From the NCBI GenBank assembly GCA_964106645.2, contig OZ067046.1: DNA of 64,000 nucleotides. One strand, written 5' to 3'. The DNA comes from Podarcis pityusensis. Lineage: Eukaryota. Below, piece after piece: positions 49,451 through 62,514 of this stretch. Below the pieces are notes generated by a model. That model worked only from the letters and a program-made list of their open reading frames with translations. It searched no databases and was not told the origin of the DNA. Position 1 is the stretch's first letter; each line of letters begins with the position of its first letter. A program made the translations under genes and the position numbers.

Positions 49451-51678
49451 GACGACAATAATGTGTCCAAGGCAGAAAAAAGAGTTTTCAAACACCTATC
49501 AAATAACCACATCCACCCTTGTGGGTGGCAGACTCTAGAATAAATCTATGTTGAAAGCAGTATGTTTAACATGCATGTAAATGGTTCCAGGCTGAGAAAA
49601 ACTACATTTTTGTGTGCTGTGAGCAGGTTAGCATGTATGCAACCAGCAAGAGTCTTTCTTGGACCCTGTCTCTAGCCTGATTAATGCCTCCCAGAGGCAC
49701 CCAGTCCTTTCCTCTACCCCCTACCCATCTTCCAGAGTCAAGAAGGGAAGGGTAGTTTCATTGTGCATACTAGCTCCATCATCAGGCAGAGTGAAGTGGC
49801 TACCCCAGTTTGTTATTTTTGGGTTCTGGGTAGTTGTATTTTAATCTCCAAGGGAGAGGCACCTGTGGACTTTTCAGCCTCAGGTGCCAAAATAAATTGG
49901 GCACTATGCACCTTCAGCTGATGCTGCTTCCTCCACCCCAGACAGTAAAAATGTCTTGCACCAGCCCTGTACTCCAGATCCCTCCCCAGCAAACAGCTGT
50001 ACCAATAGAGGATGCATCATGTTCTTTGTAATAAAGATGTAGCAAGTAACTGCTGTTATTAGGAAAAGAATGGAAAACTCATATTCTTCAACAGTGATGC
50101 AGTATTACCAGCAAGAAAATACAGACTAAAATAAAAGCACCCTTGTGACTTCTCTTCCCTATATAATATAAAGTAAAATCATCCTCCCACCACCACTCTT
50201 TAGTCTTTACAGTATGAGGAATAAACTCACATGACCTGAATATGTTGTAGGTGCCATTTGACTGTCAGTGCTAAAAGGCACTGGAGTAGAATTACTGAAA
50301 GAACTGGCAGAAAACAGTTTATAAATGAGAAAATGTTTTGAATGACGTTTGAGACAAGTCTAACATGGAAAAACATAGAGGGAGCATCTTTCAACTGAAA
50401 GTGAGCAAAATATGAAAATGAATGTGAGGTCCATTTATATTCATGATGAAGCCCTTGGGACTAACTTAGAACTTTTTTTGGCAAACTTCTGACTGAGATG
50501 AGTCCCCCCCCCCCGTCGTCTTCTTTACCTCTGAATGAAATCCAGGGCTTTCACTATTCTTATTTAAATAACTTAGTATGGTTATAACTCCGAATCTATG
50601 ATGGAGGCATATTTAGCAGTTTTATAATTTTGATTGGTATGCTTTTCTTTTTCCTTAGAAAAAGGAAAGAAAACCTCATTAGTCTTGAACATAAACCCCA
50701 TTCAGATACTATTCCTTTGTAAGAGCTCATCTTGAATAAAATTAATTGCACATTATTTGGGAAGGGAACTTTCCAATATCTTCAAAATCTTTACATGAGT
50801 GCTGAAGTATGAGAAGCTGCTCCACAAAAGAACATAACCCTCCTCAAGAAATCCTGATTTCCCTAGCTTTGCTGTTTGCCTTCTGGAAATGACCTGAAAA
50901 CCTATCTCTGTCTTTAAGAATTATGAACTACTGACTGAACAGAGCAGTGAAATGATTTTGCCAGTCGGCATAAAGTACACGAGCATAAAAAAAGACAAAA
51001 CAAGCTTGTTGTGGTAGAAAATACATTTATTTTGTATGTCAACGAATGCGTTAGAACTCTCTCAAATGGAAGCAAGGAATGCTGTGTTCATCAGCAGCCT
51101 GGGGCCATTTTGCCTATTTATGTTATGTGGAAAACTTGCTATATTATATTAAAGCCTAATGATGGCCTATGACATATAACCATATAAGGAGATGTGTCCC
51201 AGTAAACTAGAGCTGAATCTTTGTTATATACAGTTCAATGTTGCATGTGTTCAGAAAGAAGGTAGCACTGGGGAAGCAATGCCCAAGAAAGGAACCACTT
51301 TTAAATGTCCATCAGTGAGAACTCTTTACAAAATGGGCAGATGTGGCACACAGAAGGGCTTGGTCAAATACGTGCTGGAGTAGCATCCCATGGAAATCCA
51401 TCTTGCTAGGCTGTGCTCAATTGTAATGGCTTACATTCTACTACTACATATCAGGTGCATACCAACATGCCATTGCAGTGGCTCCAGGTGAACCCAAATC
51501 CCTTTAGTGTCTATCGTCTTATTTAGCTTTGTGAAGGGGCTGGGGGAGGGATGCACAGGCCTAGTCCTGCTTTCTTGACAATGATGCAAGCCAACCATAC
51601 CACCAAGCCAGTATGTGCCAGTCTGAATGTGTGAAAGGTATCCTACACAGGCAGAAACCCCTTATTCATCAGGGTTCC

Positions 51679-52178
51679 CATGCTTTTTTTCTAAAAAAAA
51701 ATGTTTAGGGCAGGGGTCAGCAACCCGCGGCTCCGGAGCCGCATGTGGCTCTTTTACACCTTTGCCGCGGCTCTGGGGCGGATACTAGCGAGGGGAGAAG
51801 GTGCATTGTGCGCCCCGACACTCCCCACTGTGGCAGGCGCTGTACTGGCTGTGACGTCGCATGGGGGCGGTGCGTGCATTAGTCACACACCGTCCCGACG
51901 TCACCTTCCCGCCCGCTGTCAGATCGGAGGGCAGAGGCGCGCATGCAATGGTTTTGCGGCTCCCAGTTTTTTTCCCTTCGGAAACGGGTCCAAGTGGCTC
52001 TTTTTGTCTTAAAGGTTGCAGACCCCTGGTTTAGGGGTACTCTCATTTTGACTCAAAACCCCCACCATTTTATACTTCAAATTGGGAAAAATAAATACAG
52101 TAAATGGACAAAAGTACAAAGATTCACAAAATGTTTAGGGGTATGTGTACCCCTGTGTACCCCCATAAAAAAGCACTG
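51679..52178. mobile_element. Host MITE (CAGTGCTTTTTT-type TIR) containing the 51711-52028 insertion
   Basis: Termini CA(G)TGCTTTTTT and AAAAAAGCACTG, with an internal repeat AAAATGTTTAGGGGTA. Confidence 0.7.
51711..52028. mobile_element. hAT MITE, young and CpG-rich
   Basis: TIRs CAGGGGTCAGCAACC and GGTTGCAGACCCCTG, with a perfect 8-bp TSD GTTTAGGG (51703-51710 and 52029-52036). Confidence 0.93.
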
Positions 52179-53487
52179 CCTACATCTGTAAAAGCAGAGC
52201 CCTTGAACCTGAGGTCAATCAAATATCAGCTGGGAAGCATGGCCAGCATTCATGTTAGCTTTGCAGGTGGTCCAAATCCCTAAAAATGGCAGAACCATTA
52301 CTAGCCTTAACACCAATCCAACGTTTTCTACATTGCACCGTTTCTGCAGTGCATAATAACTTTGCCAAGATGGTGCACCATCTGACAATATTCCAGTAGT
52401 CACTGCAGTAGTACCTCCCACCCATCCCAATGTTCTGTTTCAGTCATGTGATGTTGAATCATTGTAAAGGTCAGGACAATGACTTGGTAGTTCCACTGGG
52501 AATGCTACTGTCCTGGCAAACAGCAAATATAATTAGGCCTAAAACAGCTCATTGGCAAGACCTTGTGCTTGGACTGAACCAGTAATGGCATAAATTGCTT
52601 GGAATATGAACCTAAAAACATGCCAAGCCATAATGAATGAGAGAGAGAATTCACTAACAACATTAATATATGATAGATGTAGGATGGAATCCAGCTCTGT
52701 CGGATACAAGGAGAATTTGGATAACCAGTGCTGACCAACAGGAAGGAAGATGGGAAACAAAAGAGATGGCTAGATGAAAGTGTGGTGGATAAAATAGATA
52801 CGTAGGCTTATATTAAACTAAATGGCAGCTTTTTACATTTATAGGAATGTAATATTCATTATAAAATTTAGCGTGAAGAAACACTACTACATCCTATTTT
52901 TCTCACCTGCTTAGAGTGAGAATCATTCAACAAGGCTTGCTGGTAGAGAATGGCAATGAAGAAAGCCAACCAGAAGGCAAGGCAAGAAGCTTCCCTTCTC
53001 TGTGCAGTATAGGAAGCACCTGGGATTTGACACAGATGTTGGCTTTGAGGTTTCAGAACTCCAGAACTCCTAGTAACTCAGGAGATTGGGGGACAGAGCC
53101 CCAGTGAAAAAAAAGGCAAGTGGGGGGATGCTTGCACAACTCTGGAGTGGTACCAGAGAAGGCTGAGGTAAAGGAATTTTTGGACACTATTTACTGAGTA
53201 TCAAAGTGCTCTTGTGTGAACCATCAGCTGACTATTGAGGGAAAGTATTTCAACTGAAGCAAGGTGACAGAAATGGGAAGCCTTTCTATCCATGGAATTT
53301 TCTATCCATGGAATTTTCCAGAGTATGTTGAAGTTGGGGTACTAAATTCAAGGGGAATCTTCAAGGATACAGAAGACCCTCAGTTACCTTCCATGAGATA
53401 GAAAGCCACAAAAGAATGAAAGTTAGGCACCCGTCCTCACTGCCCACTTCACATTTTCACTTCCTGGAATTTGTAATACATGTCTTG

Positions 53488-53775
53488 TTTTCTTTTCTTT
53501 TCTTTTCTGCCGATCATTCGTAGCCAATCAAGATTGTCTTTCATGAACATGGTTTTAACGGTGTGTCCATAAGTGACTGTGAAGGCCAGTTCTGGATCCA
53601 CACATCCTTCCACAGTGGGGACATAGTTTTCTGGGTGGAAGTTGATCACGGTGAGGATTTGTCAAACATGCCTTCCTCTTTGCATGCTTCTCCCTTTCAC
53701 CCTGGGTTTGTGCTTCTTCAAAGTCCATGGTAGAGGCTATTCTGCAATTGGAGCACTCTCAGGCCAATGTTTTCC
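53488..53775 (-). mobile_element. RTE-clade LINE 3' fragment
   Basis: Minus frame 53728-53555 reads MDFEEAQTQGEREKHAKRKACLTNPHRDQLPPRKLCPHCGRMCGSRTGLHSHLWTHR*, the terminal C2H2 finger of RTE ORF2. A short 3'UTR and an (AGAAA)n tail follow. Confidence 0.85.
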
Positions 53776-54785
53776 AATTATCCATGCTTATACTGCTTTT
53801 TTTTTTTTTTTTGGTAGGGCTTTGATTTAGTGACAGAGAAACATAGGAAGCCACCATTGGTCCATCTAGCTCAGTATTGCTGACATTGACTGACTCTCTG
53901 GAGTTCAGGGTAGAAGTCATCAGGTAGAACCTGAGTCACTTTGCATACAAGCATGAGCTACTGCTTTCCCACTGATACTGATCAGTGAAAAAATCTGGGT
54001 TCTCAAGATGACATGAGCTCAAAAGTTCCCAAGTAGAATTAATGAACCTACTACCACTAAAGGTGTGTCAGCTTTTGAGAATGCAAATACTGGTCTTATT
54101 AATAATCTGTATTAATAAAAAAAACCTCACTTTGTCATTGATATAAAGGTGCATTTGAGATCATTAGTTAATAGAATCAGAAAAGTTCCCAAAGTATGTT
54201 TTTAAAAAGGCATAAATATATGGGATACTGGATGGGAAGCATGGATAAAACTTTAATTTAAAATAGAGTAATCACTTTGGAGGCTAAAGGTGCCCTAAAC
54301 TCTTTGACCTGAGCATGCAAAATACTGATAGATGTTGATGGAAGTGAATGTGTTCTTCATTTGTCAAGTTAATCAGCAAACAGCACAATTCCCAAAGTCA
54401 GCAACGAAGGCTGATGTCCAAGATGATGGAATGAAGAGCTGGTATGCAAATGCTCTTCTATTATTCAATCATAGTTTATGGAAGGTGACAAAAAAACGCT
54501 ATTTCTATTCAGCAAGCATTTATCCCAGCTCAGCTCAGCTATGACACAAGATGCCATTTAAATAAATGAGAGGGAGTAGGGATGCTTATGGTGAGGAATA
54601 TGTTTGCAACTTAGGCAAACGCTGAAGAACAAAATAACAAAGGGCTTTGAGTAAGGCTGAGTTAAAGCTACTTTTTCATTTTGTGTTCATTGGCACGAGT
54701 GTCAAAAATGTCTTCTGTTTACAACACATTTCAGTACTTCATGTGAACATATTTTCATTGTTTCAATTACCATTCTTCTCAATAT

Positions 54786-54920
54786 CATGTCATAGAATCA
54801 TAGAATTCTGGAGTTGGAAGGGACTCCGAGGATCATCTAGTTCGACCGCCTGCAGGAATATGCAGTTGCCCCATACAGGGACTGAACTTGCAACCTTGGT
54901 GTTATCAGCACCATGCTCTA
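54786..54920 (-). mobile_element. tRNA-Ile-derived SINE with CR1-type 3' tail
   Basis: The minus strand reads TAGAGCATGGTGCTGATAACACCAAGGTTGCAAGTTC (tRNA-Ile-like), then CTAGATGATCCTC..GTCCCTTCCAAC..(ATTCTATG)2, the CR1 terminus. Confidence 0.8.
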
Positions 54921-57431
54921 TAATCAAAGACCTTGGCCTCATGGGCCCACACAAACATTTATTCATATTGACTATGGCATGCCTTTTACTCAAAAAAGAG
55001 AAAGTGGTTTGTGTGCATGCAAGACTTCACCTCGGAGATGTTCAAAATGCAAGCTCCATTTCCAACCACCTTTGAGATAGGATGTGAAGCTCATATGGAG
55101 TTGGGCCTAACAGTTGCACTGTCTAGGCCTTGCTGTAAATTCCCTTTGCCTTCCCAATCAAAAAACAAAAAAGGGGGAGGTGTAAGGTTTTCTTTGAGAA
55201 AAAGAAGCACCTTAAATATGATGTCTAGGGACCACTGCTGCCCAGGAGAGGCCATACAAGGGCTGGCTAAAGACATTTTGCTGTTTAAAAATAATACTAT
55301 ATTTCAAGTCAAGGCTCAGTCTCAAGTCTGGTCACATTACTTGGCATAAAATTAGTGTTTGACAAGAATCTATAGAAATCCCAAATAGTGTGCTGGATAA
55401 GCTACTGCACATATCACAGATGTAAAGAAGAAGAAGAGGAGGAGGAGGTGGAAGAAGAAGCCACAAAAAACTAGCATAAATATGCCATTCCGCTCACCCA
55501 AAATTCCCTTTAGAGCTTTAATTCTGTCAATTTGCCTTAAAAATTGGTAGCACCAGTTCAAAAGGAACTTACTCCCAAACACATTTGGTTTACTTACTGA
55601 ATTGCTAAAATAACAAAGCTTTACTTTCTTGTTACAGATTTAAGAAACTCTTCATTTACAAACCTGTCTCATACATTTTTTCCCTTTCATTTTGTTTTCA
55701 TTCATCATATGCAACAAACAACCACTTTTGCAGTTTGTTTCAAGAAATCCTAGCCTACTTTTGCAACAAGTAGTTATTTTGTGCCCAAATATATTATAGG
55801 CATGTTATTTGTGTGTGTTTGCTTTTAAGTTAACCTTGCACTAGTATGTTTTTAAATGATTTGAGAAAATACTTGTTTGATCTATACTTGTTCCTGGATG
55901 CAAATGAGCATACATGCTTTCAGCTTAGCAATTATTTGGCTTTTATCCTTTTCCCTTGGACAAATTTGCTTATTATAGTCAAAGCAAAGAAAGAAACTCC
56001 CACTCTATCTCCCCCATGCTCATTTAATTAGTTTCTCCCTCAGGCACTTAGGGATTGTAGGATATTATTCCTGGCCTATATCCCTTTGAACCAATTCCCC
56101 CTTCAAGGCTCTGGTGCCCTAGAAAAAATGTTAGTGTATGTATAGTGAGTTTCTGTACCAGTAGTTCCAATTGATACAGAATGAAATTGAGTCTTCCTGG
56201 CAGTATTTGATTCTCTGTGGTTTAGCACTGCTAAAGAAAAGCCACTTGTGACAGTCCCCCATCTCTTCCAGGATTGTTAATATGAAGCCATGTGCAGTCT
56301 TGGAATGTAGTATTTTACACCAGGGAAGGGTACAAGGCAGATCAGGGTGACATGGACAATGTGAAGTAGGTCGGCAAGTATTCTTGACTCCCAATTGTTT
56401 AACAATGGTGACAATAAAAAGTATTCACCTTCAGAATTAAACTGCTGAAATGAACAAGTGAGGCGGTGGAGTGATCAGAAGTAGATTAGGCTGTAGGAGG
56501 ATTGGGACCTTAGTCCAGTTTCTGCACTAAATACAAATTTCTGGATTCAGAATTCTTGAGTTCTATGAGTATGTATTTTGCACCTGGTTCTGACTGGGGG
56601 ATCTTTGGGTTCTGGCAAAAATCAAAGTAAATTCTGGAAGCCTAAAATCTCTCTAACTGTACTTTACCCTAAAAGCTCATGGTCCAGTTGGACCAAGGAA
56701 TATTCAGCAATGATCTACATGAAATGGACTACTGTAGGAGGACTAGGCTAGTCCTTGAAATGTTCCCCTGGCGCCTTCTTCACAAAACCCAGGAAGCTTC
56801 TGTCTGGCTTAGGGAGGCGCAATGCTCACAGGTGTGACATCACCCCCTCCCATCACCTTTGCAAGCTGGTGCCTCTGGCTTTAACTGTTCCCCTACACAC
56901 ACATAAAATGACCACATCCACTGAGATTTACATCTTAAATCATTTTCATGCAACTTGTAACATTGCTTAACCTGAGCACTTAGGCAACTAGTTCAAACAA
57001 TTAAACCGTTTTTTGTATACTTGGATGAAAATAAGGAGTGAACATTATCAAAAAATAACAAAGATTGTTTTAATGGTTTTTGAAAATTCTTCAGAGCTTA
57101 ATTGTTTTAAGAGGAGCCTTATTTGATCTGACTAAAAGGTTTCTATAAGAATGAGCAATCTCAGACCCTCTTCTGCTTTCTGTTTGGTCTTTAGGATTCT
57201 CCCCAAGCCCTGGTTCTCACCATTCTGAAGGTTTTTTAAAAATTATGTTCAGCTGAACACTTAGAAATATCCCCATAAGCAAAAACCTGAACTTACCAGG
57301 ATCTCTGATTGTGGGAACAGTTGCTAAGTGTGTTCCATGAAACATTGGTTCAAAATCCCTTCACACCTTTGCACTAACATTGCAAAGGTGTAAAGAACAC
57401 CTAGCTACTCTTCAGCCATGAATCTCCACTC

Positions 57432-57472
<41 letters not shown>

Positions 57473-58682
57473 TGTGTGTTTGTATGTCTGTGTTTCTCCC
57501 CTTAACTCCTTCCTCTTTGATGTGGGGAGTAACCAAACTGAAACAAATATCTATGCTACCCTGAATAAGAATATTTTCTAACCTCAGCTGCTTTTCAGGT
57601 TTTGACATTCTGTTCTAATTTCTGGATCCTATCTCTTAATGAGTTATAATGAGCACTGGAAAAGTCACCAAGGAGAATTTTTGATGTAAGATCAGGAACT
57701 TCTCAGAAAATTAGGGAGACTTAAAAAGTTAGAATTTATCTAGCAATAAAATAATGTTCTGTGTTTTATAATATGTGCTTTGATTGATCATCTGGAGTTT
57801 GTTTTACTTGATACTTTGATGATAGTTACCTTCAAAGTTATCCTTACCATAGAAACTTCTCCATTAGAACTCATCCAAAATAATGAGTTCAATAGTAATG
57901 AAATTATTATTTAAGTGCTAAAGGAGAGTGGACTTTTTTAATATTAAAAAGTTGAAATATACAAACCCAGAGGTTAGTCTACAATAGATGAACTGTAGGG
58001 GTGTGCAGTGATCACAAAATACACCTGGTATCAGTAACTTTGAAAGCAACCCTATCTTTTTTGTATGTGTTCTGCTTCATTTTGATTCAATTCAAATCTC
58101 CAAATCTGATTGACTAAATCCAAAACACTGTTTTGTCTCCATTGACATATATAACACAATGCATCCTCCCCCACCACATCATCCGTGCCTCATTATTATT
58201 AATAAAATTATAACTATTGTATAACATTTAAAAATCATGTTACTCATCTCAATGGTTTTGGTGTTTGGGGCAGTAATTGGCAAGTGGGAGAAGGTTTTAA
58301 TTTTTGTACTCTGCAATTAAGAAAAATACTGACTCCTTACTGTATAACGTATAAAATTAAAATAGTAAAAAAAGAAAAAGAAAAGAAAAGATTAAAGTAC
58401 ATCACTCTGCTTCCAACAGTCCCTTCTATCCACAGTGGCTTCAGGTTTAAAATAACTCCTCTTAGGAATTAATCCCCTGTGCAACTGAAGACAAGTAGGA
58501 TTTATGCATCAGTAAAACATGCAATAATCAGGCTATATTAAGACTGGTTGAAGCCTTGCGACTGTACTAATTAGCAGAGGTGGCATACTCAGAAAAATAT
58601 GTATAGTTGAAGTACACCAGTATATTACTCTGGTTAGAGGAACCAAAATTTGATGCCTAAAGCGTTTTGCAGCCCTTTTATG

Positions 58683-61600
58683 TTTTTTTTTTTTATGATT
58701 TTATTGAATTCCAACTCATTATACATTTTATCCATTATACAACAAATCATATCCGTTTTAGACTTCCTTCAACGTCACTGACATTCTTTCATAGTTATCC
58801 TTTTGGTACACATTCCATTCTTCCATATTGCCATTTACACCTCCCTTCCCTCATTATTTCTATTAAACAATATTCATAAATTCTTTACAGAGCCTCTTTA
58901 AAACCCGCCAGCGTTGTATTTGCACCATAGTTATTTTCCAGATAACACACAAATTTCTCCCAGTCCTTTATAAATTTTTGGTCTTTAGTATATCTGATTT
59001 TCCCTGTTAATTTGTCCAGTTCTGCATATTCTATTAATTTTGCTCTCCACTCTTCTACCCTTGGAATTTCCTCCTGCTTCCACCTCTGAGCCAATACGAT
59101 TCTGGCAGCTGTTACAGCATACTGGAAAAGTTTGCAATCTTTCCTTCTAATGTCCTTCCCTACAACACCTAATAAAAAAGCCTCTGGCCTTTTCACAAAG
59201 GTATACCTTAACATCTTCTTCATCTCATTATAGATCTCATCCCAGAAGCTTTTTACTTTCTTACATTCCCACCACTGGTGGAAGAATGTCCCTTCTTTAC
59301 ATTTACATTTCCAGCATTTGTTATCTACCTTATACATCTTTGCCAATCTTACAGGTGACAGGTACCATCTGTAGAGCATTTTCATCATATTTTCCTTCAA
59401 TAACGTGCAGGCCGTAAATTTTATGTTCTCTTTCCACAACCTTTCCCAATCCTCCAGTTGAATATTATATCCTAAGTCCCTTGCCCACTGTACCATCACT
59501 GACTTCACCTCCTCATCTTTCGTGTGCCACTCTAACATTATTTTATACATCTTTGATAGATTTTTAAATTCGTTATTTATTATTTCCTTTTGGAAGGTTG
59601 ATTCTTTTTCTGCATACCCCCTTTCCTTCAACTCTTTTTTAAACATTTCGTTTATCTGGAAGTAGTGTAGCCAATCATATGTTAATGCTTTAACTTGGTC
59701 GTATGATTTCATTTTCCACTTCCCTCCTTCATTGGTAACCATTTCTCCATATGTTCCCCACTTTCCTCTCATGTTAGTTTTCTTAACACACATTATTTCT
59801 AACGGGGATAACCAATGTGGGACTTTTGGTTCTAGTATATTTTTATATCTATCCCAAACCTCTATTAGTGCTCCTCTAAAAATGTGATTTCCAAATCCCT
59901 TATGTACTCTCTTTTTGTCACACCATAGGTACGCGTGCCACCCAAATTTGTTATTGAACCCTTCCAAATCTAATAATTCTTTGTTTTCCAATTTTACCCA
60001 TTCTTTTAACCAGCACAGGCATGCTGCCTCATAATACAATCTCATGTCTGGTAGTGCGAAGCCTCCTCTCTCCTTTGCATCTGTCAATAACTTAAATTTA
60101 ATTCTAGGCTTCTTTCCTTCCCAGACATATCTTGAAATCGCCTTTTGCCATTCCCCGAAAATTTTTGTACCTTTTAGTATGGGTAAAGTTTGAAATAAAA
60201 ATAACAACTTAGGAAGCACCATCATTTTTACCATTGATATTCTTCCCCATAGTGATAGTTTCAATCTATTCCAAACCTCTAAATCCCTCTTTATTCCTTT
60301 CCACATAGGGATATAATTATATTGGTATAAATCTATATTCTTATCCGAGAGCCAAATTCCCAAGTATTTAACCTTTTTGACTACCTCTATCTCCGTTTGT
60401 TGTTTTAATAATTCAATTTCATCTTGGTCCATATTTTTAACTATCATTTTGGTCTTCCTCTTATTCAATCTAAATCCTGCTAATTTTCCAAATTGTTCCA
60501 TCTCATCCAAAATTTCTTTTGTACTTTCTATAGGTTCTTCCAGAGTCACAACCACGTCATCCGCGAAGGCCTTAACTTTATATTCATTTATACCTAATGT
60601 CACCCCTTTGATTTGCTTATTTTGTCTTATTGCATTTAATAAAACTTCCAGGACCACTATAAATAGCAATGGCGAAAGCGGACAACCCTGCCTTGTTCCT
60701 TTAGATATTTTAATATCTTCCGTGATGATGTTATTTATAATCAACCTAGCTTTCTGTTCTGTATAGATTGCTTCGATACCATTAAAAAATTCATGACCCA
60801 CTTCCATAGCCTCCAAATTTTTCAACATAAATTCCCAAATCACATTATCGAAGGCTTTCTCTGCATCTACGAATATTAAGCTTGCTGGTTTATCACACCT
60901 ATCGGACAAATATTCAATAACATTGACTATATTTCTTATATTGTTCCTTAATTGTCTGCCCGGTAGGAAACCTTCTTGGTCTTTATGTATGATTTTTACT
61001 AATATCTTTTTTAATCTCTTAGCTAGGATTCCTGTGAAGATCTTATAATCTGTGTTCAGTAACGAGATAGGTCTATAATTCTTAATTTGGGTTAAGTCCG
61101 AATCTTGTTTTGGTATTATTGTAATAAATGCCTCTTTCCATGTTCCTGGAATGTCCTTTTCTTTTAAAATGTTGTTCATTACTTCTACCAACGGGGCCAT
61201 CAACGTATCTCTCATCTCTTTATAATAGCTAGATGTAAGTCCATCCGGACCTGGTGTTTTCCCTCTTTTTAATTCTTTTATGACTTCTTCTACTTCCTCT
61301 TTACATATTGGGGCATTCAGTTGTTCCCTTTGATCTGTTGGGATCTTTCTCACCATCTTCTCTTTCAAATATCTTTCTATTTTCTTCTTGTTATTCTTTT
61401 CTTTATTCTTATATAGTTGTCTGTAAAAATCTAAAAATCTTTTCCTAATTTCTTTCGGGTCTGTTATTTCTTCTCCATTTACCTCAATTTTATTAATTGT
61501 ACTTTGTTCTTTCCTTTTCTTAGCCTGCCAGGCCAACCATTTTCCTGATTTATTGGCAAACTCAAAGTTTTTTTGTCTTAGCCTTTTGATATTCCATTCA

Positions 61601-62514
61601 ACCTCTTTATTTATTAACATCGCAAATTGGGTTTGGAGAATCTTTATTTCCTGTAGTATCTTCTCATTGTTAGGTTTTTTTATCAATTTTTGTTCCTTAT
61701 TCATAATCTGTTCTAAGATCTCTTTTGTCTTTTTTTCTTTGTTGTTTCTTTTCCATACATTCTGCTGAATAAAGAGGCCCCTCATCACTGCCTTACTTGC
61801 ATCCCACACCACACTCGTTTTTGTCCCTTTATCCATATTATCCCTGAAGTAATTATCTAAATTTTTTTTGTGCTTTTTCGACGAACTTTTGGTCGTCCCA
61901 TATGTTATCATTCAACCTCCACCTAAAAGTTCGCTCTTCAAAACCTTTTAGCTCCATTTCTATTGGGTTATGGTCCGAAATCACCTTAGCCTGTATTTCA
62001 ATTTTTTGAATTCTTGGAGTTAGCTCATTTGATACCCATATTTGATCTATTCTTGACATTGATTGGTTCGACTCTGAGTGGTATGTGAATTGCTTCTCTA
62101 GAGGATGTCTGAGCCTCCAAATATCTACTAAGTTACAATTCTTTGTCATCGAAAAGAATGTTTTAGGTAATTTCCCTTCTTTATTCTTCGTTCTTCTCAA
62201 TCTGTCCATTTCTATTGAAACCACACCGTTCATATCCCCCATTATTATGATTTTTTGGTCCATGTATTCAAATAATTTCTCCTCTAATAATCTGAAGAAT
62301 TCCGTCTTGTTCCCGTTTGGTGAGTAGATCCCAACGATTATCAATTTTTCACCTTGCCACTTAATTTGAACCATTATGATTCTACCTTCTTCATCCTTAA
62401 ATAATTGGTGAGATTCAATTTTATTTTTAATATATAATACAACACCTCTTTTTTTCTCTTTATTCGAGGATATAAATTCATTCCCTAACCTTTATTTATC
62501 AAAATTTTCCGGTG
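58683..62514 (-). mobile_element. L1-clade LINE, 3' (non-inverted) segment: EN-RT-CCHC ORF2, 3'UTR, polyA tail
   Basis: The minus-strand ORFs carry EN motifs (KKRGV, GDMN, RIDQIW, SDHNP), RT motifs (PGPDG, YRPISLLN, GTRQGCPLSP, FADD, YLG) and a C-terminal CWKC..H..C knuckle. AATAAA lies at ~58700 and the T12 run at 58683-58694 is the polyA tail. Confidence 0.95.
58885..62490 (-). CDS. L1 ORF2p (APE endonuclease + reverse transcriptase), one +1 frameshift at an A8 run, N-terminal part of EN missing
   Basis: ORFs 61853..62374 and 58885..61911 join if one A is removed from the run at 61862-61869. The frame extends upstream as RLGNEFISSNKEKKRGVVLYIK..DEEGRIIMVQ to ~62490. Confidence 0.88.

Noticed and set aside
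50443-50497. C/D box snoRNA (ATGATGA..CTGA)
   Set aside because: It is too short, with no terminal stem or recognisable guide sequence.
53449-53649. ORF 'MINFHPENYVPTV..' resembling the Rho/Rnd GTPase switch I motif
   Set aside because: It is an alternative frame of the RTE ORF2 C-terminal zinc finger, and no other GTPase motifs are present.
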